Assembly (NCBI GenBank): GCA_947631325.1
Contig: CANRKX010000001.1
Coordinates: 12,450 to 76,449, forward strand
From: an uncultured Clostridia bacterium
GTDB lineage: Bacteria; Bacillota; Clostridia; Christensenellales; Borkfalkiaceae
DNA length: 64,000 bases
Direction of reading: 5' to 3'
Shown: one piece after another, positions 1-6,684 of the stretch
Position numbering within the stretch: position 1 is the first letter of the stretch
How the letters are laid out: every line of letters begins with the position of its first letter
Translations under genes and position numbers: made by a program
Notes under the pieces: generated by a model
Told to the model about the DNA's origin: nothing
Database searches by the model: none
The model's input: only the letters and a program-made list of their open reading frames with translations

Positions 1-1377
1 AAGGAAAAATTCATTAACGGCGGCGTGAGCGACATAAACGGCAGTAAAATCGAGGGTTGCGTCCACAACGGTATAAGCGCGGACACTGCCAATAAAATTT
101 TCGGCGATATGGAGGGATTTGCTTCATACGCATTCAACAAGTCGCATGCGGCGGCTTATGCAACGCTCGCCTATCAGACGGCTTGGCTCAAAAAATATTA
201 CTGCAAAGAATTTATTTGCGCACTTTTGAATAACCGCTTAAACAAAATCGACGAGATAACCAAATACGTCATTTATCTTAAAGACAGGGGCTATAAGGTC
301 TATCCGCCCGACATAAACAAGAGCCGATCGGTGTTCAAAGTCGAAAATAACGGCGTGAGATTCGGCTTGTCCGCGCTTAAGGGTACGGGTCAGGCTTTAA
401 TCGATTCAATAATCGAAGAGAGGGAGAAGAACGGAAAATTTCTCGATTTCCCCGACTTTATATCGAGATGCTCGTCGCTTCTCAATTCGAGATTGGTTGA
501 AGGTCTTATTTTTTCGGGTGCGTTTGATGAAATGGGCGTAAAGAGGTCGCAGCTTGCCGAAATATACGAACCCCTGTGTGCACGCGCAAAGGCTATCGGA
601 AAACAGCGAGAAAGCGGGCAGATGAGCTTTTTCGGCGACGTCCTCGAAGAGGAAAAGCTCGACGTAAAATATCCCGATATCCCCGAATTTGAAGTGAACA
701 TAAAGCTTGCAAAGGAAAAGGAAGTGTTGGGAGTTTATGTCAGCGGACATCCCTTTGAAAAATATCTGCACTCCTTCCCCGAATGTACTTTTGACTGTTC
801 CTATCTCGACGATTATTTCGAAGAAGAGGACGGATCGCGCACTTATAACCAAATACAAGACGGTATGCATATTACTATGGCAGGCATAATAACCTCGTTC
901 AGACGCACCACGACCAAGCGCGGGTTGACAATGGCTTTCTTCAATCTCGAGGACGTCTACGGCACAATCGAGTGTGTCTGCTTCCCCGCAGTGTATGAGA
1001 GGGCGAGGGACTCCATAGTAAACGACAGGGTTGTCAAAATAAAGGGCAAGCTCGACTTGGATTCCGATCGCGGATTGTCCTGCATAATCGACGATATCGA
1101 CGACAGCGTTGCGCGTGAAGATGAGATCAACGGCGATAAAAACGCGGGGGCTTCGGAAAACGCCGCAGTGCTTTGGCTCAACGCTTCCAATATCAACGAC
1201 GATGATTTTGACGAACTTATAACCGTTCTTTCAAATTATCCCGGTAATTTACTCTGCAAAATCGTCAGGGGAGATAAACGTTATAAAATCCCCGGGGTCA
1301 ACTATTGCAAGGGGCTTTTGGCTGAATTGTATTCCATTTTGGAGCAAAAAGAGGTCAAATATGTTTATCAACGGTGA
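1..1377 (+). CDS. dnaE: DNA polymerase III alpha subunit, C-terminal part (5' end lies outside the window)
   Basis: The reading frame is open from base 1. It shows DnaE C-terminal features (FNKSHAAAYATLAYQTAWLK, an OB-fold region and a C-terminal tail). The stop is at 1375-1377. Confidence 0.9.
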   Translation, partial: KEKFINGGVSDINGSKIEGCVHNGISADTANKIFGDMEGFASYAFNKSHAAAYATLAYQTAWLKKYYCKEFICALLNNRLNKIDEITKYVIYLKDRGYKVYPPDINKSRSVFKVENNGVRFGLSALKGTGQALIDSIIEEREKNGKFLDFPDFISRCSSLLNSRLVEGLIFSGAFDEMGVKRSQLAEIYEPLCARAKAIGKQRESGQMSFFGDVLEEEKLDVKYPDIPEFEVNIKLAKEKEVLGVYVSGHPFEKYLHSFPECTFDCSYLDDYFEEEDGSRTYNQIQDGMHITMAGIITSFRRTTTKRGLTMAFFNLEDVYGTIECVCFPAVYERARDSIVNDRVVKIKGKLDLDSDRGLSCIIDDIDDSVAREDEINGDKNAGASENAAVLWLNASNINDDDFDELITVLSNYPGNLLCKIVRGDKRYKIPGVNYCKGLLAELYSILEQKEVKYVYQR

Positions 1378-1489
1378 AACATTTAAAAAAGTGTTGTAAT
1401 TTCAAAATATATTTGTTATAATGTAGATTGGAATGATGAGAAGGACCGCATTGTTGGGGCTTTGCGGTATTACGCGGAGGTTTCAGAAT

Positions 1490-2452
1490 ATGAAGAGAAT
1501 AGGTTTGCTTACGAGCGGCGGCGATGCCCCCGGAATGAATGCCTGCATAAGGGCTGTTGTGCGTACCGCAATCTATTTCGGTATGGAAGTTTACGGTATT
1601 GAGCGCGGCTATCAAGGGCTTATCGACGACGAAATGATTCCCATGGAAATGAGATCTGTTTCGGATATCGTTCAGAGGGGCGGCACCAAGTTGAGAACGG
1701 CGCGCTGTCTTGAAATGCTCACAAAGGAAGGACAGAAAAAGGCTGTCAAAACGCTTGAAGCGAGGGGTATTGAAGGGCTCGTCGTCATCGGCGGAGACGG
1801 CTCTTTCAGGGGAGCTAAGTGCCTGTCCGAGGAGTACGGCGTTCCCACAATCGGAATTCCGGGAACTATCGACAACGACCTTGAATATACCGACTACACT
1901 TTGGGCTTCGACACTGCCGTCAATACCTGTATTGACGTTATAAATAAGCTTCGCGACACTATGACCTCTCACGAGAGGATTTCCGTCGTCGAGGTTATGG
2001 GCAGACGTTGCGGCGATATCGCGCTGTATGCGGGAATTGCGAGCGGTGCGGAAATTATCGTCGTGCCCGAAGTCGTCTTTGACCTTGACGATATCGTCAT
2101 GAAAATCAACCGTTCCCGCGCCAACGGCAAGCACTCTAACATTGTCGTTGTTGCTGAGGGCGTTTGCACGGCTGACGAATTTGCAAAACAGCTGCAGTCG
2201 GTGACTACATATTCCGTTCGCCCGACTACAATCGGTCATATTCAGCGCGGCGGCTCGCCTTCCATGGCAGACAGAATGCTTGCGGCACAGTTCGGCAATA
2301 AGGCGGTCAGACTTTTAAACGACGGAATAGGCAACCGCGTCGTCGGAATTCACCGAAACGAAATAATAGATATGGATATTATAGAAGCGGTGAGCATGAA
2401 AAAGAAATTCAATTACGAATTATACGAGACCCTTCAAATGATTTCTATGTAA
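1490..2452 (+). CDS. pfkA: ATP-dependent 6-phosphofructokinase
   Basis: Motifs MKRIGLLTSGGDAPGMNA, GGDGS, PGTIDND and GHIQRGG are present. GGAGG at 1476-1480 precedes ATG 1490. The longer ORF start at 1433 has no RBS. Confidence 0.95.
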   Translation: MKRIGLLTSGGDAPGMNACIRAVVRTAIYFGMEVYGIERGYQGLIDDEMIPMEMRSVSDIVQRGGTKLRTARCLEMLTKEGQKKAVKTLEARGIEGLVVIGGDGSFRGAKCLSEEYGVPTIGIPGTIDNDLEYTDYTLGFDTAVNTCIDVINKLRDTMTSHERISVVEVMGRRCGDIALYAGIASGAEIIVVPEVVFDLDDIVMKINRSRANGKHSNIVVVAEGVCTADEFAKQLQSVTTYSVRPTTIGHIQRGGSPSMADRMLAAQFGNKAVRLLNDGIGNRVVGIHRNEIIDMDIIEAVSMKKKFNYELYETLQMISM

Positions 2453-2460
2453 CAGCGATA

Positions 2461-2489
2461 AAGCCGCTTTAAATTAAGCGGCTTTTTTA
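2461..2489 (+). terminator. Rho-independent terminator after pfkA
   Basis: Hairpin aagccgctt / taaatt / aagcggctt followed by a T-run. Confidence 0.75.
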
Positions 2490-2515
2490 TTGGAAAATGA
2501 TAACGGAGTGAAATA

Positions 2516-3451
2516 ATGATTTTAACTGTATGTTTAAGTCCCTGCATTGACGTCAACGTCGAAGTCGACTCGTTAAGCGTCGGAATGTCCCATAAAATTA
2601 TAAGTAAAAGAATATTTTTTACGGGAAAGGCAATAAACGTTGCGATAGGCATTGCAAGGCTGAAGGGCGAAGCCTTTTCGACGGGCTTTATGTACGAAGA
2701 GAACGGCAACCAGTTCGAGCACGAACTTCACAGGGAGGGAGTGCCCTATAAATTTGTATGGAATAAGGGTCGCGTGCGCGAGAATTATAAGTTTATCGAT
2801 AACAAGTCCATGTTGACCGAAGTTGACGATGTAAGCCCCGCCGTCTCACCCGAAAAACAAAATGAACTTATCGAATTGGTCAAAAGAATTGCGCCTTCAT
2901 GCGAGGCAGTCGTTATATCGGGTAGCCTTGCAAAGGACATGACGCCCGACTACTATGCTAAAATACTTCAATGCGTGCCCGATAACGTCAAAAAAGTCGT
3001 CGATACGGAGGGTGAGAGACTGTTGCAGGCGCTGAATTGCGGCGCAGATCTCGTAAAGCCCAACCTCGACGAACTGTCAAGGACGGTTAGGCGCCCTCTC
3101 AACTCGCACGAGTCAATCATTTCTGCATGCCGCGAGATCATCAAAAAGGGAGCAAAAATTGTGCTTGTATCGCTCGGCAAGCACGGCGCAATCATAACCG
3201 ACGGAGTTCATGCCTATTATAGCAAGAGCGTCAACGTCGCAATGAATTCGACGCTCGGCGCAGGCGACGCCATGGTTGCGGCGGCAACTCAGGCGTTGGT
3301 TGAGGGCGACAATCTTAAAGATATATTAAAAAGAGGTGTGGCGGCAGGCACGGCGGCGGTAACCACGCCCGACAGCATTTCCTTCTCAAAGGTGAAATAC
3401 GAGGAAATACTTTCCTCTTTAACCGTCAAAGAAATTGATTTAAACGCTTGA
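2516..3451 (+). CDS. pfkB: 1-phosphofructokinase-family (PfkB/ribokinase superfamily) sugar-phosphate kinase
   Basis: FruK/LacC-like layout: N-terminal LSPCIDV, GKAINVA, KPNLDEL and C-terminal GAGDAMVAA. RBS GGAG lies upstream of ATG 2516. Confidence 0.8.
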   Translation: MILTVCLSPCIDVNVEVDSLSVGMSHKIISKRIFFTGKAINVAIGIARLKGEAFSTGFMYEENGNQFEHELHREGVPYKFVWNKGRVRENYKFIDNKSMLTEVDDVSPAVSPEKQNELIELVKRIAPSCEAVVISGSLAKDMTPDYYAKILQCVPDNVKKVVDTEGERLLQALNCGADLVKPNLDELSRTVRRPLNSHESIISACREIIKKGAKIVLVSLGKHGAIITDGVHAYYSKSVNVAMNSTLGAGDAMVAAATQALVEGDNLKDILKRGVAAGTAAVTTPDSISFSKVKYEEILSSLTVKEIDLNA

Positions 3452-3476
3452 ATTACAGCTTTATTTATAGTATAAT
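3448..3476 (+). promoter_or_regulatory. Candidate sigma-70-type promoter for the 3500 gene
   Basis: TTGAAT (3448-3453), 17-nt spacer, TATAAT (3471-3476). AAGGAG RBS precedes ATG 3500. Confidence 0.5.
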
Positions 3477-3499
3477 AAATTCAGTTAAGGAGATTAGTT

Positions 3500-4057
3500 A
3501 TGAATTGGGATAGCAATGCACCTTTGGAGCTTTTGTCTTCAATGCCCGCGCAACTCAACAAGAAAAATCTTAAGGACATTCAGGCGATTATCGATAAGGA
3601 TAAATTTGCGTGCAGTCGCGAACTGACGCGCGATTTGTGCGGCGAGTATGCGCCTTTCTGCGCACTCTGCGATAAGTCGCTTAAATATCCTTGCGCCGTT
3701 TCTTATGTAAAAATGAAGCAAGCCGACGGCATGCAGGTTGAAATTGCGGTCTCGGACGACGATAATTCGGATATTGAGGACGAGCACGTTGAAGTGGCGA
3801 CAGCAGCCGCAGTTGCAACTGAGGTTGTTGCCGATAATCTCCCTGCCGAAACGCCCGTTGCCGAGCAAAAGGCGGCGGTGGAGGAAGTTCCTGCCAAGGA
3901 AACACCTGTAGAGGAAGCTCCTGTTGAGGTTGAACCTGTCGAGACTGTGGCAGAATTTCATGAAGAGCAAGTTGAAGCTAAGGAAGAGGTTGTTGCGGAA
4001 CAGCCCGTCGCTAAAAAACGCATTAGGATTGCGATTGCAAAGAGAAAAGTTCAATAA
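3500..4057 (+). CDS. Hypothetical protein: Cys-containing N-terminal domain plus acidic E/V/P/A-rich low-complexity tail and a basic C-terminus
   Basis: It has its own promoter, a strong RBS (AAGGAG) and a terminator. Five Cys lie within about 30 residues (C-x8-C-x6-C-x2-C-x8-C). The tail reads EEVPAKETPVEEAPVEVEPVE... and ends KKRIRIAIAKRKVQ. I recognise no family. Confidence 0.7.
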   Translation: MNWDSNAPLELLSSMPAQLNKKNLKDIQAIIDKDKFACSRELTRDLCGEYAPFCALCDKSLKYPCAVSYVKMKQADGMQVEIAVSDDDNSDIEDEHVEVATAAAVATEVVADNLPAETPVAEQKAAVEEVPAKETPVEEAPVEVEPVETVAEFHEEQVEAKEEVVAEQPVAKKRIRIAIAKRKVQ

Positions 4058-4061
4058 ATTT

Positions 4062-4086
4062 AAGCCGCGCAAATGCGCGGCTTTTT
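4062..4086 (+). terminator. Rho-independent terminator
   Basis: Hairpin aagccgcgc / aaat / gcgcggctt followed by TTTT. Confidence 0.8.
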
Positions 4087-4122
4087 CATTGTATAAAAAT
4101 TGCTTAAACTCGCAAAAATGAA

Positions 4123-4151
4123 TTGACAATAACTGCGATTTAAAATATAAT
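4123..4151 (+). promoter_or_regulatory. Candidate promoter for tRNA-Thr
   Basis: TTGACA (4123-4128), 17-nt spacer, TATAAT (4146-4151), located 18 nt upstream of the tRNA 5' end. Confidence 0.6.
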
Positions 4152-4168
4152 AATTAAGTAAATCAAAT

Positions 4169-4244
<76 letters not shown>

Positions 4245-4249
4245 TATAT

Positions 4250-4273
4250 GCCCCGTTGATAAATCAACGGGGC
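4250..4273. terminator. Hairpin shared by the convergent tRNA-Thr and lexA
   Basis: Perfect 10-bp stem gccccgttga / taaa / tcaacggggc. A T-rich tail follows on the plus strand. Confidence 0.6.
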
Positions 4274-4283
4274 ACTTTTAAAA

Positions 4284-4871
4284 TTATATATTCCTCATAA
4301 GTCCGACGACTTTGCCGAGGATTTTAACGTCGTCAAAGACGAAATCTTCCATATCGTCGTTTTCGGGGTGCAGAATAATCTTTTTCCCGCGTTTGAAGAA
4401 ACGCTTGACGGTCGCCGAATCGTCAACGAGGGCGACGACGATATCGCCGTTTTCGGCAGTGTCCTGCTTATGAACGACAATCTTGTCGCCGTCGAACATG
4501 CCGATTTTAATCATGGAAGAGCCTTGAACGTTGAGCATAAACAGATCTTCACCCGAGAAAAAGTTGGACGGAATGGAGTAGTAGCCGTCATAATTTTCTG
4601 TGGCGAAAATGGGAGTACCTGCGGCAACAGTACCTATAAGCGGCACAGTAACCGAAGAGCCGCGCCCGTTAATTGCAACGGCGCGATATTGCTTGTTGCG
4701 CTTATTGATAAGCCCGTTTTTTGCAAGCCTTTCCATTATAAGGAAGACGGTGCAGGTGGAACTTATGCCTGTGCCTCTGCAAATTTCGCGCACGGTGGGG
4801 GCATATCCGTTTTCATCCATAAATTTTTGGATGTAGTTTAAGACCAAATCGTCATCGTAGATTCTCTTCAT
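4284..4871 (-). CDS. lexA: LexA repressor (SOS regulator, S24 self-cleaving peptidase)
   Basis: N-terminal winged HTH (GYAPTVREICRGTGISS), cleavage-site region VAAG and S24 motifs GSSM ... VKRF. GAGGTG RBS precedes ATG 4871. The upstream ATG at 4892 overlaps the RBS. Confidence 0.93.
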   Translation of the reverse strand: MKRIYDDDLVLNYIQKFMDENGYAPTVREICRGTGISSTCTVFLIMERLAKNGLINKRNKQYRAVAINGRGSSVTVPLIGTVAAGTPIFATENYDGYYSIPSNFFSGEDLFMLNVQGSSMIKIGMFDGDKIVVHKQDTAENGDIVVALVDDSATVKRFFKRGKKIILHPENDDMEDFVFDDVKILGKVVGLMRNI

Positions 4872-4891
4872 AATTATCACCTCTTTATACA

Positions 4892-4920
4892 ATTATAACA
4901 TACGTTTTAATAAAAATCAA
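4892..4920 (-). promoter_or_regulatory. Candidate lexA promoter
   Basis: On the minus strand: TTGATT (4920-4915), 17-nt spacer, TATAAT (4897-4892). Confidence 0.5.
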
Positions 4921-4930
4921 ACGAATGTTT
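4897..4930. promoter_or_regulatory. Two candidate LexA (Cheo-type) boxes with an AAC-N4-GTT core
   Basis: AACATACGTT at 4897-4906 and AAACGAATGTTT at 4919-4930, centres 23 nt apart. They overlap the -10 edge and the -35 edge of the predicted lexA promoter. The outer G/C of the GAAC-N4-GTTC consensus is missing in both. Confidence 0.45.
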
Positions 4931-4941
4931 CAACTTTTATA

Positions 4942-4970
4942 TTGAATTATTAAAAAAAATGTGATATAAT
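4942..4970 (+). promoter_or_regulatory. Candidate promoter for the small Cys-rich ORF
   Basis: TTGAAT (4942-4947), 17-nt spacer, TATAAT (4965-4970) with TG at the extended -10 position. Confidence 0.55.
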
Positions 4971-5012
4971 GGCACTGACATTATAAAAAAGAGTATGAAG
5001 AGGTAGACTGAG

Positions 5013-5198
5013 ATGAAATCTGAACGCAAAAAAATGTGCGAGCTGTATGACAGGGAGTGTATCGGGTGCATGGAGTGCGAGATTTGCGACCTCGACCCGA
5101 ATAAAATTTGCGACAACTGCGGCAAATGCCTTGACATAAGGGACGACGCCGTAATTAAGATTGACAAAATTATTTTAGATAAAAACGGGGACAGTTGA
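5013..5198 (+). CDS. Small (61 aa) cysteine-rich hypothetical protein
   Basis: It has its own promoter, RBS GAAGAGG and a terminator. The eight Cys are arranged C-x6-C-x2-C-x2-C-x2-C-x7-C-x2-C-x2-C. It is divergent from lexA. Confidence 0.6.
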   Translation: MKSERKKMCELYDRECIGCMECEICDLDPNKICDNCGKCLDIRDDAVIKIDKIILDKNGDS

Positions 5199-5210
5199 GT
5201 CCCCGTTTAA
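5185..5210. terminator. Hairpin between the small ORF and the convergent recombinase gene
   Basis: acgggga / 8-nt loop / tccccgt followed by a T/A-rich tail. The TGA stop of the small ORF sits in the loop. Confidence 0.55.
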
Positions 5211-5212
5211 AA

Positions 5213-6274
5213 TTAGTTTGAATCGTCCTCGTCGCGCTTTAATTTTACTTTGCCGACAACGCTTTTCCGCACGTCCTCAGAGATGGCAGCATAGTGTTTG
5301 CGCGTGGTGTTTACGTCCTTATGACCGAGCACGTCGGCGACAATATAGATATCGCCCGTCGCCTTGTAGAGCTGTGTGCCGTAAGTAGACCTCAGTTTGT
5401 GCGGCGATATTTTTTTGAGCGGGGAGACGATTTTGGCATATTTTTTGACCAAATTCTCGACGGCGCGGACGGTAATTCTGTTTTTATTATTTGATATAAA
5501 GAGGGCGGTGGTGTCCTTAAAATTTTCGGGATTGCTATCCTTATAATCCTTATATCTTTTCAAAGCCGCCGCCACGTCGTCGTCGAAATAGAGAATGGAT
5601 TTACTGCCGCCCTTGCGCGTGACGATAAATGAATTGTCGTTGAAGTTGATGTCCTCATTGTTTAGCCCGACGAGTTCGGAAATACGGATACCCGTGCCGA
5701 GGAAGAGCATGAGGATGGCGCCGTCGCGAATTTTATTTTTTTCGTGATAGGCTCTCTGATGATTTGTCAGTCCCGCGCCGCTTTCCGCCGCGTCGATTAT
5801 ACCGAAGATTTCGTCGCCGTCCAACCTTATAATCGGCTTATCATGCAATTTGGGCGTCTTAACCTTGGCGGAATTGTCGACGCTAATAAATCCCTTGTTG
5901 AAGAAATATTTGAACATGGCACGAACGGAGGAGAGCTTTCTTGCCTTTGCCCGCTCGTCGCACGAATGGTCTTTGCCGCCGAATTTATAGTGGGAGAGGT
6001 AGCTCAAAAAATATTCGATATCGTTGCTCGTAACGGCGTCGATATCTTCGAGAGTGAGCTCCTTGACGTTCTTCGAACCTCTGAATTTTCTTTCGCAAAG
6101 GAAGTGGAAAAAGATTTTTAAATCGTGCGCGTAATTCAAGCGGGTGAGAGTGGAGGTTTGACTGTCAATCGCCATAAAATAATCATAGCAAAAGTCTGGC
6201 AGCTCATCGTTTAAAAGCCTGTCGATTGTCTCAAGATTTTTATTGTTGCGTTGAGTGTAATAGTTGACTGCCAT
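5213..6274 (-). CDS. Tyrosine site-specific recombinase (XerC/XerD/phage-integrase family)
   Basis: Catalytic signature: GTGIRISEL (Arg), HKLRST (His-x-x-Arg), LGHKDVNTTRKHY (His ... Tyr). The ATG at 6274 is preferred because the TTG at 6316 lies inside the predicted promoter TTGACT-17-TATCAT. Confidence 0.85.
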   Translation of the reverse strand: MAVNYYTQRNNKNLETIDRLLNDELPDFCYDYFMAIDSQTSTLTRLNYAHDLKIFFHFLCERKFRGSKNVKELTLEDIDAVTSNDIEYFLSYLSHYKFGGKDHSCDERAKARKLSSVRAMFKYFFNKGFISVDNSAKVKTPKLHDKPIIRLDGDEIFGIIDAAESGAGLTNHQRAYHEKNKIRDGAILMLFLGTGIRISELVGLNNEDINFNDNSFIVTRKGGSKSILYFDDDVAAALKRYKDYKDSNPENFKDTTALFISNNKNRITVRAVENLVKKYAKIVSPLKKISPHKLRSTYGTQLYKATGDIYIVADVLGHKDVNTTRKHYAAISEDVRKSVVGKVKLKRDEDDSN

Positions 6275-6436
6275 AGTGTAACCCCATGTTTTACGAACAA
6301 TTAAATGATAATCCAAAACATTGAAAAAGTCAAGCGGCTGGCTTATTTTATTGAGTGGAAGTATGTAAAATACGCTCTCAATTCTTACCTCTTTGATAGG
6401 GCGGGAGAGTTTATTGTTGTATTATATAGATATAAA

Positions 6437-6468
6437 ACACTTCGTAAAAGACAGCTTTTACGAAGTGT
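6437..6468 (-). terminator. Perfect 14-bp hairpin; terminator-like on the minus strand
   Basis: acacttcgtaaaag / acag / cttttacgaagtgt. On the minus strand it is followed by TTTATATCT. Confidence 0.5.
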
Positions 6469-6638
6469 AATGCCCATTTTGACATAATTTGAGCAGGAGG
6501 ATTGCCTTATTTTATAATATTTTATTTAAAAACCATTAAATTAAGATAAAAACATTGTATTTTAAAAATTATTGATTTTAATAATAAAAAGGCATAAAAT
6601 CGGCTGATTTGACGCTGTTATGTCAGACATAGTACAAG

Positions 6639-6666
6639 TTAAGCCGAGGATTTTTCCTCGGCTTAA
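6639..6666 (-). terminator. Hairpin immediately after the glgP stop
   Basis: ttaagccgagga / ttttt / cctcggcttaa, 19 nt downstream of the glgP stop. The T-tail is weak. Confidence 0.5.
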
Positions 6667-6684
6667 CATTGAATTTATTGCATT

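Noticed and set aside
1355-2239. 294-aa minus-strand ORF
   Set aside because: It is antisense to pfkA, which is unambiguous.
6494-6548. AGGAGG followed by a 15-codon TTG ORF in the AT-rich spacer
   Set aside because: The spacing from the Shine-Dalgarno sequence to the start is only 1-2 nt, and the peptide is just AT-rich filler. There is no supporting signal.
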